Origin: Vicugna vicugna
Lineage: Eukaryota
Length of the DNA: 64,000 bases
Assembly: GCA_013265495.1 (NCBI GenBank)
Contig: MU061578.1
Span: 2,675,308-2,739,307, forward strand
Reading direction: 5' to 3'
The notes below the pieces were generated by a model that saw only the letters and a list, made by a program, of their open reading frames with translations, did not search any database and was not told the DNA's origin. Position numbers and translations under genes: made by a program. Each line of letters opens with the position of its first letter. The first letter of the stretch is position 1. Of this stretch, positions 12,905 to 25,841 are shown piece by piece.

Positions 12905-13830
12905 TTTGCCAAGAAGATACAATAATCATCAAGCTGAATACACCAAACAACATAGCCTGGAACTACATAAGCAAAAACTGAGAAAGTTACATGGAAAGAC
13001 AGACAAGTCCCCAGTAAGAGTGAGAAATGTTTAGCACACACTCCATGTGCCAGACACAATACTATGTTCACCACATGACTTCTCTACCTGGGCATGCAGG
13101 AAGACCACATTTCCCAGCCTCCCTTGTGGTTACCATGTGACTGTATATCCACTAACAGGAATGTAAGAAATCACACGTCACTTCTGGCAATTAAAGGTAA
13201 TTAAAAGCAAGTGTGGGCTCTCTATGCTTCCTCTCTTTCCCAACCACATGGATACAAGTGAAAAACTCTGAGATGGCAGAATTACAAGATCTTGGAAACA
13301 CTGTTGGTGGAGGGCCACCAAGGAGAGCCCCTGACTTGCACTGGACTGTAAAGCAGGTGACAATTAAATGGTTATTTTGTGAAACCTCTGAGATGTCAGG
13401 GCTTCTTTGTCACAACAGCACTGTCTAGTGTTACCCTGACTGACATATAAGGTTCTGAAAGATCTAGCAGCCAGAGAAAGAAGTTAGACTTCAATTACAC
13501 TGACAACCTTGATTATATATTTAAAAATTAAACAGATCATCCTACAAAACAGATCATCCACATTCTATTTAAGCATGTATGGCACATTTGCAAAATATTG
13601 GCCACATTTGAAACCAAAGGAGAAATCTCAAGAAAATCCACTATGTAATTGGCATTATACAGACCGCATCTTCTGACCACAATACAGTAAAATTAGAAAT
13701 TAGGAATTGACAGCAAAAGACAGCTAAACACAAGCATACATTTGGAAAATAAATATCCATCTGAATAATCCATGAGTTAAAGGGGAAATCACAGTAGAAA
13801 TTACTTAATATTTATAATTGGATAAATACA
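12905..13830 (+). mobile_element. Ancient L1 ORF2 endonuclease region, interrupted by an MLT1 LTR
   Basis: atacaccaaacaacatagcc...ataagcaaaaactga and ttctgaccacaatacagtaaaattagaaatt (SDHN-type endonuclease motif). Confidence 0.7.
13046..13447 (+). mobile_element. MaLR LTR (MLT1H/I-like) nested in old L1
   Basis: ccacatttcccagcctcccttg...ccatgtgactg...gtcacttctggc...ttaccctgactgacata. Confidence 0.7.
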
Positions 13831-14692
13831 TGGTGGATTGACTGTATCTGTGATGTTGTTTCTTAAGAAACCAAAAAGGTCAAATATTGCAAGGTATGAT
13901 GTTAATGGGGTCTGTTGTATTATTTCCTTATACAACAAAACTATAGACATATGTATATGCCTCTTTTCTCATTAATTCATTCAGCTACTTGGCTTTCACT
14001 TTCATCGTGTTATTCTAGGAGGCAATAGTTGTTTATTCCATCCCTACCTACTTTTATGGCAACCTGTAATTGATAAGAACATACCTCTTTCCTCCAGAGA
14101 GCTAAACACTGAACCGAATTATACAGCAACACAACCATGAAAGAAGCAACCACGTGTTACTGCGGGGTGGAGGGGGGGGTGGGGGCGCGGGCAGAAGACA
14201 GTGAGCATCCATACACTTGCAAACTTGGGCAGTGACAGACACAAACAATCCCCTGGGCAGCTCTTTCACTATGCCGAACATCCAGACAGAAATTAAAAAT
14301 CAGTCACTGAGCCATCTCAACATTTTCATTTTATTTTAACTTTTGGCAGCAGGTTGCAATTGAGAGGGGGAAAAAAAGGAAAGTGATAAGAGTGTAAAAT
14401 AATGTACACACGTAGGTAAAATGATGAAACCAGTTGTATATTCATCTCTCTTTAGCTCCTTGGGCTATCTATCTCATCACATACCAAGGGGCCACATACA
14501 CATTTGTTCCTGGGGTAGTGTCCCTGACATACAAGGCCCTTTCTAAGAGCCACTGTGCAGATAAGCCTGTGGGACAAGCATGCAGTTGGGGAATCAAGCT
14601 TAGGAAGGAGCCTTGGACGGTGCTTCCCTCGGGGAAGGAGGGATATAGGACGGGGTGGGGTCGCCTGACTGTATCTGTAAATGTCGTTTCTT

Positions 14693-14835
14693 TTTTTTTA
14701 TTTTTTCTTATTTTCTTTTCTTTTCTTTTTTTATATTTAAATATGTTTTATTGAAGTACAGTCAGTTTTCAATTTTGTGTCAGTTTCCAATGTACAGCAC
14801 CATACTTCAGTCACATAAGAACATACATACCATTC
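14693..14835 (-). mobile_element. Short L1 3'-end insertion with TSD
   Basis: PolyT then ttgaagtacagtcagttttcaattttgtgtcagtttcc; TSD AATGT(C/T)GTTTCTT at 14680-14692 and 14836-14848. Confidence 0.88.
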
Positions 14836-15894
14836 AATGTTGTTTCTTAAGAAACCAAAAAGGTCAAATGTTGCAAGGTTACATTGTTAACAGGAGTCTG
14901 TTGTATTATTTCCTTATCGTCTGTTCTTTCCTGCATGTTGGAAATAATGCACAATTTAAAAGAAAATAATAAATTACAAGAAAAATGAACATAAAGAAAC
15001 ACCTGATCTTCCTTTGAGGCAACATCCAAACTGACTAGAAGTTGCTGAAAAGCTAAAAGCAGATCCAGCTGGGAATGTGACTGAGAATTGGCCTGAGAAC
15101 ACCACCAAGGAGGGGCTCCCAAGGAGATGCTTGGGTGACCCCACCTGTTCTGCTACAGGTTCACCCAGTGCCCAGGAGTCCCACATCTGGCCAAGAGTTA
15201 AATTCTAGAATGGAGTTTGATTCCTGAGTGTCTGGTTTCACGTGTCTTTGTGAACTCTGCAATGGCTGTTATTACCACAGATGTAACAGCAGATGGGAGA
15301 TAAAATATGGTTCTGGAAGGAGCAGGACATAGCCCCGCTTGCCCTGCTAAGAGATGCCAGAGCACACCCCGCTGCCCTCAAACAGAGACTCCCTGCACCC
15401 CTTGCACCCACTCCTACTCCATTCTGATTTGGGTGGAGGGTGCCTGTAGCCCTATCTTGAACTGGAATGTTTCTCTGCAGGTTTTATAATTCTAGCTTAA
15501 AATCAGTCATTCACTTATGCTTTTTTTTTTTTTAGGAACGAATTGAATTTTTGATGGAGTTTCCTTACAAGGGTGGCGCCTGGTTCAGGGCCCAGCAGAT
15601 GGGTCCCCAAACCCTCCTTATACTACCCAGGGCTCAGGGGGTGGGAGTAGGGACAAAAAGTTTAAGGCTGAGGCCGCTACTATGCCCCAGATGCAACAAC
15701 CAGGAAAATCATGTCAATCAAAGAAACAAAAATCCCTCTAAACTCTGCAATACTACTATACTACTGCACTCTTCAAAAAATAATAATAAATGAACAAAAA
15801 TAAGATGCCTAAACCACCACTCTCAGGATAATGGACAGCCTGTTCACTCCAAGATGGGGTTGCTGTAATCAGAGTTCTCTGATCAGCCCTGGAC

Positions 15895-16620
15895 CCAGTT
15901 GTCACTCAAAAAGTGGTTACTGAGCACCTACTGTGTGCCAGGCACCACGTCAGCCACTAAGGATACAGCAGTGAGCAAGACAGACAAAAATTATGGATCT
16001 CATGGGGCTTACAGTCTAGTTGAAGGAGACAGACAGTGAAAAAAATTAATATATTAATGTGTGTTATTAATATATCACATATGGAATATATTAATATATA
16101 GTTATAGCTAATAAATGTATAATAATATAATATATAGCTATATATTAAGACATTACATGTATAATATATACACATTACACATACATATATATTTATAGTT
16201 AGAAAGTGAGCGAGTGAGTGAGTTCTAAGTGCTAAGGGGGGAAAGTAAAGCAAAAAAGGAAATCAGGGCTGAGCATAGGTTGCTGCCTCAGCTGGGTGGC
16301 CAGGAAAGATGACCCTGAAGGCCGAGGTTAAGTTCTGCAGTTCTCTTATGAGAAGAGCATCCCAGGTGGAGGGAAGAGCAAAAATGAGTGGCCTGAGGCT
16401 TGATTTGCTGCAGGAATCACCCGGAGCAGGTGGGGGTGGGGGGTGGAGCAGTAGGAGGTTGAGGGCTTGACCTTGCCCAGTGAGATGGAGCCACAGGAGG
16501 TGATGTGAGCATGGGGATGACACATTCCAGCTGCTGCAGGAGGAAGGACAGAAGCAGAAAAGCCAGTCAGAGGTGCTGTAATTAACCAGAGGGGCTGGAG
16601 CAGGGAGGCAGCTGTGGACG
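15895..16620 (-). mobile_element. L2 3' region with internal AT-rich low-complexity tract (16045-16200)
   Basis: tactgagcacctactgtgtgccaggcac...ggatacagcagtgagcaagacagacaaaa...catggggcttacagtctag. Confidence 0.8.
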
Positions 16621-16878
16621 GGGAGGCAGGGAGAAGCCCTCGCGAATCACTGCTGGAATTAGAGGGGGATGCACATCTCCTGAGCGATTTTATTTCTGTG
16701 TCCTTCCATATTTTTGTGCCTTCTTTCTCCCCATCCTGAAATTGGGCACGTCACCTTCTGGGATGTTTCATTAGACTCAGTGACTCAGAGAGGAGCCAAT
16801 GCTCATGACATTGATGGGAGAATAACTTGCCGTCCCAGGTATGCTGTCATAAATGCCGCACCCTTAAATTCCCTGAGA

Positions 16879-16949
16879 GAACTGCACTGGAAATTGACAC
16901 AACACTGTAAACTGACTATAACTCAATTTTAAAAAATGTAAAACCAAAA
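16879..16949 (+). mobile_element. Very short L1 3'-end insertion
   Basis: ctgcactggaaattgacacaacactgtaaactgactataactcaa plus A tail; degenerate TSD AAATTCCC..AGA at ~16866 and ~16950. Confidence 0.8.
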
Positions 16950-18047
16950 AAATTCCCCAAGAAAGAGTCTCCTCTGCCAAGGTACGAGTGGTGGAGAAAA
17001 TCACCACCCCCCACAGAGAGCCAGGCTCCCCAAAAGCCCCTCCCCACTCAGACCCTTTTTTATTACTCTCAGGAAAATAGTGCAAAAATTTGATAAGGAA
17101 AGATACCAAAGTTCTGATGTTGTGATAGAGAGGGCTGTCATTTGCTTGTTAAATGCAGATACAGCAGGTCAAAAGTATTTTCTTATTGCTCCAGGGCCAC
17201 TCAGTATCAAAGTTCCAAAGCAGCAGGCTGAGTCAGCTCGTTCCCAAACAATCAGCCTTCCAGAATATCATCCCCGCAAAACTTCAGCGCAATGCTGATT
17301 TCTGAGATCATCTTCTGGGTGGAAAGGAACAGTCTCCAGAGAGTGGGGTAGGTGGGCCACTATCTCCACAACAAAGGCAGTAATGACAGCAGATGGCAGA
17401 TGGCCAGGTTCTCCCAGGTTGAGGGGGCGGGGTCAATGTCCTAGGAGCACAGGTGTTCCGAAGGTAACATCTGCGAAGGATTCTCCTCTCTGTTCAGTCG
17501 AGCCACAAGAATCTCACTAACAGATGCTGTAGTGTTTAAAACTTTTAAATCTCTCCTTTGGAATATATGATGTCTGAGTTTTGCTTCTAAATAACAGAGG
17601 CACTGGGGGGAGAGGGGAGCGTCCGGGGAGTGGGGGTGGTGTAGATGAAACAAGATTGGCCATGAGCTGGGAATTGTTGTACAGTTGTACTGTTGAATTG
17701 TGTCATGTGGACACAGACTCTCTCTACTTTTTATATATTTGAAATTTTCTGTAATAAAATTTTAACCACCTTAGAGCAATTTGACAATGTCTAATAAAAT
17801 TACATTCCCTTTGACACAGCAATTCCACCTCTTGAAACTCATCAGATATACTAGCAAAGGAACCAAATAAAGTGCTGTTCCTCGCAGCACTGGCTGTAAG
17901 AGCAAGAGGCTGGAAACAAGCTAAGTGTTCATCAAGAGGGGATGAGTTAAGTAAATTATGGCACATCAAACAATGGAACAGATCTATGCAGCCAATAAAA
18001 GGTAAAGCACACTTATGCCCTAACAGGGGACAACCTCCAAGATAAAA

Positions 18048-18499
18048 TGTGATGAGCAGAATAATGGTCTTCCCCCCCCACACACAAAAAGTCCATGTTT
18101 TTATCCCTGGAGCCTGAGAGTATGTCCCCTTACATGGCAAAAGGGACTTTACAGGTGTGATTAGGTTAAGGATTTTTGAGATCAGGAGATTATTCTGGAT
18201 TATCCAGGTGAGTCAAATGCAACTACGAGAGTGCTTGTAACAGGGAGGGAGGAGGGTCAGAGTCATAGAGGGATTTGAAGATGTTACACTGCTGGATTTG
18301 AAGATGGAGGAAGGGGTCATGAGACAAGGAATGCAGGCAACTTCTAGGAGCTAGAAAAGGCAAGACAACAACTTGAATTTAACCCAGTGAGATCCCTTTG
18401 GGATTTCTGGCCTCCAGAAATTGTACAAAAATAAATTAGTGCTGCTTTAAGCACTAAATTTGTGGTAATTTGTTACAGCAGCAATAGGAAACCAAGACA
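18048..18499 (+). mobile_element. MaLR LTR (MLT1D-like)
   Basis: gcagaataatgg...ttacatggcaaaagggacttt..aggtgtgatta...ttgttacagcagcaataggaaac. Confidence 0.85.
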
Positions 18500-18681
18500 T
18501 CATTTACATGGAAAAATTAAGATGCAGTGTTTATAGTAAGCTATCATTTATAAGAGATGAGTAGGTATAGGTATACATTTACTTCCTGGGAGGAGACAAG
18601 AAACAGATAACACTGATTGCCTATGGAGAGAACTGGTGGCAGAGGGAAAGGGATGGAAGGGTGACTTTTCAATGTGCACCC

Positions 18682-19046
18682 TATCTTAGTCTTGGGGCTG
18701 CCATAACAGAATATCATAGACTGGGTGGTTTACAAGCCACAGAAATGTATTTCTCATGGTTCTGGAGGCTGGGAAGTCCATGATTAAGGTGCTGCCAGAT
18801 TTGATGTCTCCAGTTCACAGACAGCTGTCTTCTCACTGTGTCCTCATATGGTGGAAGGGGCGAGGGAGGTATCTGGGTCTCTTGTAAGGGTACTAATCCC
18901 ATTCATAAGAGGTGCACCCTCATGACCTAATCACATCCCAAAGTCCCCACCTCCTAATAGCATCACATTACAGGGATTAGGATTTCAACGTATGAATTAG
19001 GTGGGGTGGGGGGTGGGCAAGGCACACAAACATTCAGTCTATAGGA
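18682..19046 (-). mobile_element. MaLR LTR (MLT1A-like)
   Basis: tcttagtc..ggggctgccataacagaatatcatagactgggtgg...ttctggaggctgggaagtcca...acacaaacattcagtctata. Confidence 0.85.
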
Positions 19047-20189
19047 GGCCCTTTGTATCTTTTGAGTTGTGTACCATTTGAATGGTTTGGCTAGGGAAAA
19101 CAATACAATTTCAATTAAAATAAACCTCCTTCCATTACCATGACATACAGGCTTTCAAGGTTCAGATTATTTAAAATATATAAACCTGGAAGAATGGAAA
19201 CAGAGTGATCATTACCCAGTGGTTGGGACTCCTGGGTATCTGGGAAACAGAGACCAAAATGGGAGGAAAATCTCACCTGATTTCATTGGCTACGTGGTAT
19301 TCCCCAACTTAAAAGGAGTTGGTCAGTGGCCCTTTTCAGGACTGACTGGGGAAATTTCTCCCAGATAATAGATAAGCCCATACTACACACCTTCTCCAGT
19401 CTCCTCTGGATTCTGCTCCCTCCCTCAACACACCCCGAAACAACAGGAGTAACAAGCCCAATGCCATCTTTCTGGGAGCCTGGTCTGTCCCTCCATGCTC
19501 CACAGGGGCCACAGCTAGACTCTTCAACACTATTTGCTCCACCTTAAAAAATCCTCAATTCCCCTGATTTGATATATCAGCTAGGGAACTGGTAAAGACT
19601 GTAATAGCCCCAGACAAAAATGCTTCCAGACCTAAAGTGATTAGCTTTATGGGAGCTATTATGCAAATTTATGGCCATTTCAAAGCCACTCAGCCTTGTG
19701 AAGACCTAGCAGAGAATGGAAAGTCGAAATCAAAAGTTTTTGATTATCCAAGTTCACTCCAATTCTAATTTGAATATTAAAACTCACTACAACTATTATG
19801 TAACCCCTGTACCATTAGATCTTTTTAAGCCTTACACAATCTATCGTGCTCAAAATCAGGGCTGTGAGAGCTAACCCAAGAGCAAAGGTTGGTCTAGTGT
19901 TATCTGTCCCGGGGCATTTTCCCTCCCCTCCCCCTTGAACCTGGACCACAGCATCAGCCTGATCTCTTGGACAATGGAGAGAAGGCAGCTGCAGACACAC
20001 CCAAGCTCAAAGACCATGAGCCAGGGTCCAGACTGAGGTTGGGGTTTCTTAGGTATGTCATAAACATATCCTACTTGGATGGACAAAGGTCTGGACAGAA
20101 TGGGATTGAACCCTGGAAGTAGACAGCTTGGGTTCAACCCTGGCCCTGACAATGCTATTTGTGTCATCACGGATGAGAGTCTTTTATTA

Positions 20190-20415
20190 TTGTTATTATT
20201 ACTATTCTTTAAATATTAAGATATGATTCACTTACCATGATATTCATCCTATTTAAGTGTTCACTGCAGTAGTTTTTAGTCAGTTCACAAAGTTATGCAA
20301 CCATCACCACTATCTACATCCAGAACGTTTTCTTCACCTCAAAAGAAACCCCATACTATCAGCAGTCACTCCCCACACCCCTCTCCCTGCAGACCCTGAA
20401 ACCACTAATCTTGGT
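20190..20415 (-). mobile_element. Old L1 (L1MB-like) 3' end
   Basis: ttcacaaagttatgcaaccatcaccactatct..atccagaacgttttc...aaaagaaacccc..atcagcagtcactcccc. Confidence 0.75.
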
Positions 20416-20939
20416 TCTGAGGGACAGGAATCTTATCCTCTCCATCTGTACAGAGAGCTGCCTATTGGTCTGTAATGAAAATGAGATGAGATGGTGTGTA
20501 GAAACCTGCAGTGCAGTGCCAAGCACATACCTGCTCAGGTCTAAACCCAGGCACTGGGCTGCTATACGCCTCTCCTCTCTACTCACCAACCTCAGGGCTG
20601 TGCCAAGAGGGACTCCCAGCTACAGGGCGTGGCTCAGAAATACAGGATATTGGTCAACACGTTCCCTCCTTTCCCAAATGAATGACCCTCCTAAGAAGAC
20701 TTCCCTGGATGAGTGCAAAGTCTGCTTGATGAGTCCTGGACCCCACACCTAGCAAAGGGCTTGGGTGGGACAGTCTCAGGCCATCGGATCACACCATTCC
20801 CTCCATTAAGAACCTTCAGTGTCCCCCACCACCACCACTCCCCAGAGATAAAAGTGTAAGCCTGACTCCACAATCCCCTCTATCTACTTCTTCTAATGAT
20901 CGCTGAATGTTGGAGAGATCCCAGTCACTCTGCAGAAGC

Positions 20940-21120
20940 TCCTTTGAAGTCAGACTGGCTCCTCCTCTTGCTATCTTGTGACCTTAAAAACTCACTTTAT
21001 CTCCCTGAGCCTAAGAATCCTCATCTTTAAAGCGGGAGCAGTAACGGCTTCCTTGCAGGGCTGCTGCGGTTATTAAACAGGGATACAATTGAAGGGCACC
21101 TGCCCAGCTCCCAGCATACA
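20940..21120 (+). mobile_element. MIR SINE
   Basis: ctttgaagtcagactgg...gtgacctt...ctccctgagcct...cctcatctttaaa. Confidence 0.6.
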
Positions 21121-21144
21121 CCAGACCAGAGCGCGTCTAGTCTT

Positions 21145-21346
21145 TTCTTTTTTGCAAAGGGCCAGACAGTAAATATTTTAAGTTTTGTGGGCCATATAGC
21201 CTTTATTAGAATTATTCAAGGCTGTAGTTATAGTGTAAAAGCAACCAAACACCATATGTAAAGGAATGGGTGTGACTGTGTTCCAATAAAACTTTATTTG
21301 CAAAAGGAGTTGGTGGGCCGGTTTGGGCTGTAGTTTGTCAGTCCCT
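21145..21346 (-). mobile_element. MER58A-like DNA transposon
   Basis: aaagggccagacagtaaatatttta...ccaataaaactttatttgcaaaa...gctgtagtttgtcagtccctg. Confidence 0.85.
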
Positions 21347-21948
21347 GCACTAGTCCACAAATCTCTCTAATTCACCTTCAATATCATTTCTGAGCTACAC
21401 TGGACTCCTCACAGTTCCCTGCGCACAACCCAGCACCTCCCCGCTCCATGCCTCCACTTCAGCCAATCCACCCTCCCAGAATGAGCAGCATGAACATCCC
21501 ACCTCTTTTGTGGAGACTGTCTGGCTTCCCCAGGCATGCTCTGCCAGCTCCCAAAGCCCGTACTCCTGTAAGCAAGTATCCACACCACCTCATTACAATT
21601 CTCTCTTCCAAACTGGACAAGGAGCCCCAATGGTCCTTCTATCCTCAGGGCCTAGCACAGCACCCAGCACACTGCAGGCGACTGGTATATGTTTATGGAA
21701 CGAATCAGCAGTAATCTCCACATAACAGCAGAGTGAGGTATCTCGCAGACATGATGCGGAGTGAAGGAAGCTGGACACTATTGGATGATTTCAGCTGTAC
21801 AAAGTTCAAGAATAGGCAAAAGGGATCAAAATCAGAATAGATGGCTACCTAGGGTGGAGGAGGAGGTTATGATCTGGGCAGGAGCCCAAGAGAAATGTCT
21901 GTGTGCTGAAGAGATGCCGTGTCTGCATCTCAGTGGCAGCTACATGGA

Positions 21949-22416
21949 TATATCAGTTTGCTTAGCTACCATAACAAGTATCACAAAGTGGGAGGCTTAA
22001 CACAACAGAGATTGTGGTCTCAAAGTTCTCAAAGGAGGCCAGAAGCCTGAGATAAAGATGTCAGCAGGGTCATGCTCTCTCTCCAAAGGCTCAAGAGGAG
22101 AAATCCTTCCATGCCCCTCCTCCAGCTTCTGGTGGTTGCCAGCAATCTTGACTTCTTAGTTAACAAAAACATCATCTCAGTCTGTGCTTTTTATCTTTAC
22201 ATGGCCCTCTCCCTGTGTATGTGCCTGTGTCCAAATTTCCCTCTTTTTACAAAGACACCAGTCATACTGGACTAAGGGCCCACCCCAATCCAGTATGACT
22301 TCATCCTCACTAATTACATCTGCAACAACCTTGTTCCCAAATCAGGTCGTGTGCTGAGGTCCTGTGCGTTGGGACTTCAACATGTCTTTTGTGGGGACAC
22401 AATTCAACCCACAACA
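21949..22416 (-). mobile_element. MaLR LTR (MLT1B/C-like) nested in old L1 3' end (21700-22510)
   Basis: ctaccataacaagtatcacaaagtgggaggcttaa...ggggacacaattcaacccacaaca. Confidence 0.85.
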
Positions 22417-22532
22417 GCAGGTGTACACATGTGTGAAAAATCATCAGATTGCACGTTTAAGATGAGGGCACTCTACTGTGTAAATATTATGTCTCAATAA
22501 AACAAAATGGAAGGAAAACGTAAGTAATAACC

Positions 22533-22663
22533 TCACAGCGAAAAAAATGTGACAATGAATATATGTATGTTCATGTATAACTGAAAAATTGTGCTCTACA
22601 CTGGAATTTGAACCAACATTGTAAAATGACTATAACTCAATTCAAAAAAGTAAAAAAACATAA
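22533..22663 (+). mobile_element. Short L1 3'-end insertion with perfect 13-bp TSD
   Basis: gtatgttcatgtataactgaaaaattgtgctctacactggaatttg...tgactataactcaa plus A tail; TSD GTAAGTAATAACC at 22520-22532 and 22664-22676. Confidence 0.9.
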
Positions 22664-23918
22664 GTAAGTAATAACCAACAAGCCCCACCTCTCTGTCAGT
22701 ACCTGAGAGATAGAGCCAGTAATAATACCCCCACGTATGGAGAAGGGATATGTGTTTTTTTTTTAATTATTTTTCCCTCGCTTACAGCATTGGACATGAA
22801 CTCCCTCCTCACAATATCTGCCTGGCTGCTGGGATCTGCCTCGTCCAGAGGTCAGGGAGAGACTGATGGTGAAGCAGTTGTCATTTTCAGAGTGAAGCTG
22901 TCTCAAAATTAGCCAGACCAGCCAGCTGCTCACTTTCCACCCTCACGTGCTGCCCTTGGCAGACAAGAAGGAATTTTTAAAGACTGATTACACATTCTTT
23001 TTTATTGGTGCCATGTTTGTAGTATTTGCTGTCCCCAGCTGGTGCCACAGTAGGTGATATAAAAAGATGTATGAATAATGTATACAACAGCTCCAGAGTC
23101 ATCAGAGAACCTCACTGCCAGAACAGGGAAGGGACGGCAGGCCGAGATAATGGATTTGAGGGGGAAGCGAGAGAAATGCATATTCCTGCTCAGTTTTCCC
23201 TGAAAACTGTGGGCTACTGTCAGCTTAATGATGCAAGTAGGGTCTGCATCTGGCCCTAGAGATAGTTCCCAACAAGAACATACAGGGTATTTCAACACAG
23301 CAATCCCACATCTGGAAATACAACCGACCAAAATACAGTCATGGGTGTACAAATATTTATGGAAGAGGATGTTTGTTTTGGCAGTGTCCTAATTGTGGTG
23401 GGGGGAAAAAACTAAAGCTACCGATTTAATAGGGTTTCTCCAGAAAGTACCCCTCTTGGGGCATGAGCCCTCCAAACAAAAGCTTCCTCGTAATGACACC
23501 ATCCCAGATATGAGTTGTTGCACGTAGATCTTGAGATAACAAGATGATAGAACTTTCTTGCAGCAGGGAGACTAAATGTAGTGAAAGAGAAGAGCATAAT
23601 GAATGAGTTGGAGAGTTGTTTGTCCATAGGTAGAGGCCCCCACCCCAACTCTTTTCTCCCTTACCTCCATCTACAGAGGCTGAACAAAAGAGATGCTTGC
23701 TCTCCTAGCCTCCCTTGCAGCTAGGAGCAGCCACGTGATCCCGTCTTGACTAGTGAGATGCAAAGGAGGTCTCCTCGGGAAGATACCACCTCCTTTATAG
23801 GAAAATGAATTTCATTCCTCCTCCTCCTCCTCCTGCTCCTTCTCCTCCTTCTTCTTCTCTCCTCCCCTCTCCCTCCTTCTCACTTCATTCTTCTTTCCCA
23901 CCTCCTCTCTCTCACATA

Positions 23919-23920
<2 letters not shown>

Positions 23921-23958
<38 letters not shown>
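23921..23958. repeat. (CA)19 microsatellite, preceded by a CCT/CT-rich tract inside an MLT1-like LTR
   Basis: Direct reading. Confidence 0.95.
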
Positions 23959-23959
<1 letters not shown>

Positions 23960-24287
23960 CTTTGGATGGAGCTCTATAAAGATTTCCTGCTTGAGCGAAA
24001 GCACCCATCTTATAAACATGAGGGAAAAGCCCAAAGATTTGCAGAATCCTCAATCCAGGGCCCTGATATCATGGACCTTCTGAATTATCCCCAGAAACAC
24101 CAACCTCCAGGCTTCTTGTGGATCTTCCCACTCATGTGCTGAGAGGGTTCTTGGTTGCTTCAGGTGAATGCACCCTAACTGCTCTGTGGCCTGGCCTGTG
24201 ATTGCCTGGCTGCCACAGTAGCACTCATTCAGCCTCAGAAAAGTCCTGGCCTTTTGCGTGAGCACTTGGAAATACCAGGACACTCCC

Positions 24288-24715
24288 TGTAGTAGGTCGA
24301 AGAGTATCTCCCCAAAATAATCACATTTACTCCAAACCTCAGAATAGGACCTTATTTGGAATAGGATCTTTGCAGTTATAATTAAGGTAAGAATTGAGAT
24401 GAGGATATTAGGGTGGGCCCTAAATCCAATGACAGTGTCCTTATAAGAAAAGGACACACAGGTATGCAGGGAAGAAATCAGATCAAGATGGAGGCAGGGA
24501 TTGGGGTGATGCAGCCACACCAGGAATGCCAGGAGCCATCAGAATCTGGAAGGGGCAAGGAAAGATTCTCCCCTAGAACCCTTCAAGGGAGCACAACCCC
24601 GCCAACACCTTGATTCTATACTTCTGGCCTTTAGAATTGTGAGAGAATAAATTTCTGTTGTTTTAAGCCACCTACTTGTAGTGATCTACTGCAGCAGCCC
24701 TAGGAAACTATGACA
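24288..24715 (+). mobile_element. MaLR LTR (MLT1B-like)
   Basis: tgtagtagg...gaccttatttggaataggatctttgcag...gggccctaaatccaatgac..tgtccttataaga...gccctaggaaacta. Confidence 0.85.
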
Positions 24716-25794
24716 CTCAAGTCTGTTTCATGACCTCAACACTTTCTGCGACTCACTAATGAAATTGCTTATCTTCCTGACCAGGCTGTGGAGGTGACCA
24801 CCTCACCCCCACCCCATGTCCAGCAAACCTCCTCCCATCCTGCCTAGCTCAGACATCCATTCCTTCCTCCCCACTGGCTCTGGAAGTGGCAGGAGGCAGC
24901 AACAAAGCAGGCTTCTGTTTTACTCTCAAGTCTGGAGAGTCTCCATCCTCAGCATAAGGGCCCCGTCAGAGGAGGAAAATAAAAAACTTTCATGTAATTC
25001 ACATTTACAACTAGCAAATGTGGCTTTTCTCGATTAAACACAGCTAAAATGCCCATCGATAGGAGACAGAATAAATAAGTATATTTATCAGTGGAATATT
25101 ATATAATGATTAAAAATGAACGGGGTATACTGAGATATTTATAAATGCAGTGATACAACATTTGGGAATTTCCTCAAAATAAAGTGTGAAGAAGGAAGCA
25201 GATGGAGGGGGCATCTAGATGAAATCTGTTTGGCCAAGAGTTGATAATTGTTGAGTTGGGTAAAGAGGGATTCATTTTACTATCCTCTCTACTTTTGTAC
25301 ATATTTGAAAGTTTCTGTCATATGGATTTTCTTTAAATGAGGCAGTCTTTCTGCACTGTCTTGGGAAGTGGTCCGTGATATAGTCTAAATTAAAAGAAAT
25401 AGCAAATTGAATTATACAGTATAATCCCACTTATTTGTGTGTGTGTGCTGTATATGACTGTAAGTATGGAAAATCATCCATAATTATGATTACAGATAAT
25501 TATAAGATCTATGATTTAATTATAAAATTTATAAATTCTGTAATAATCTATATAACAAACCCAATAACGGTTATAAAATTTGCCCCACTGTTATTCTCTC
25601 TCAGATTGGCGTTTCTTTTCCACAGTAGAACTTCTTACCATTGTGATTACATATTCACAGGCCTGTGTCTATTAATACTCCACAGATATTTGCCATGAGT
25701 ATGTGGCTTTATTTCCTCATACCTGTGGAGCCCGAGAACTTGCTGAATTCACCAAATGATCAAGTGAGATACTAGACCCCAGGAGGCTCTGGAG

Positions 25795-25841
25795 GTTTAT
25801 TACCATTCTGGAGCAGTTTATTACCATTCTGGAGCAGTTTA
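25795..25841. repeat. Perfect 21-bp tandem duplication
   Basis: gtttattaccattctggagca x2 plus gttta. Confidence 0.9.

Larger units (their letters stand above)
17530..19125 (+). mobile_element. Old L1 (L1MC/ME-like) 3' fragments hosting two MaLR LTRs
   Basis: gatgaaacaagattggccatgagc; cagcaattccacctctt; ggctggaaacaagctaagtgttcatcaagagggga; interrupted at 18048-18499 and 18682-19046. Confidence 0.65.

Noticed and set aside
16045..16200. AT-rich quasi-palindromic tract (also 44715-44795)
   Set aside because: Degenerate (TA)n/(CA)n low-complexity expansion inside old repeats; self-complementarity is expected from composition.
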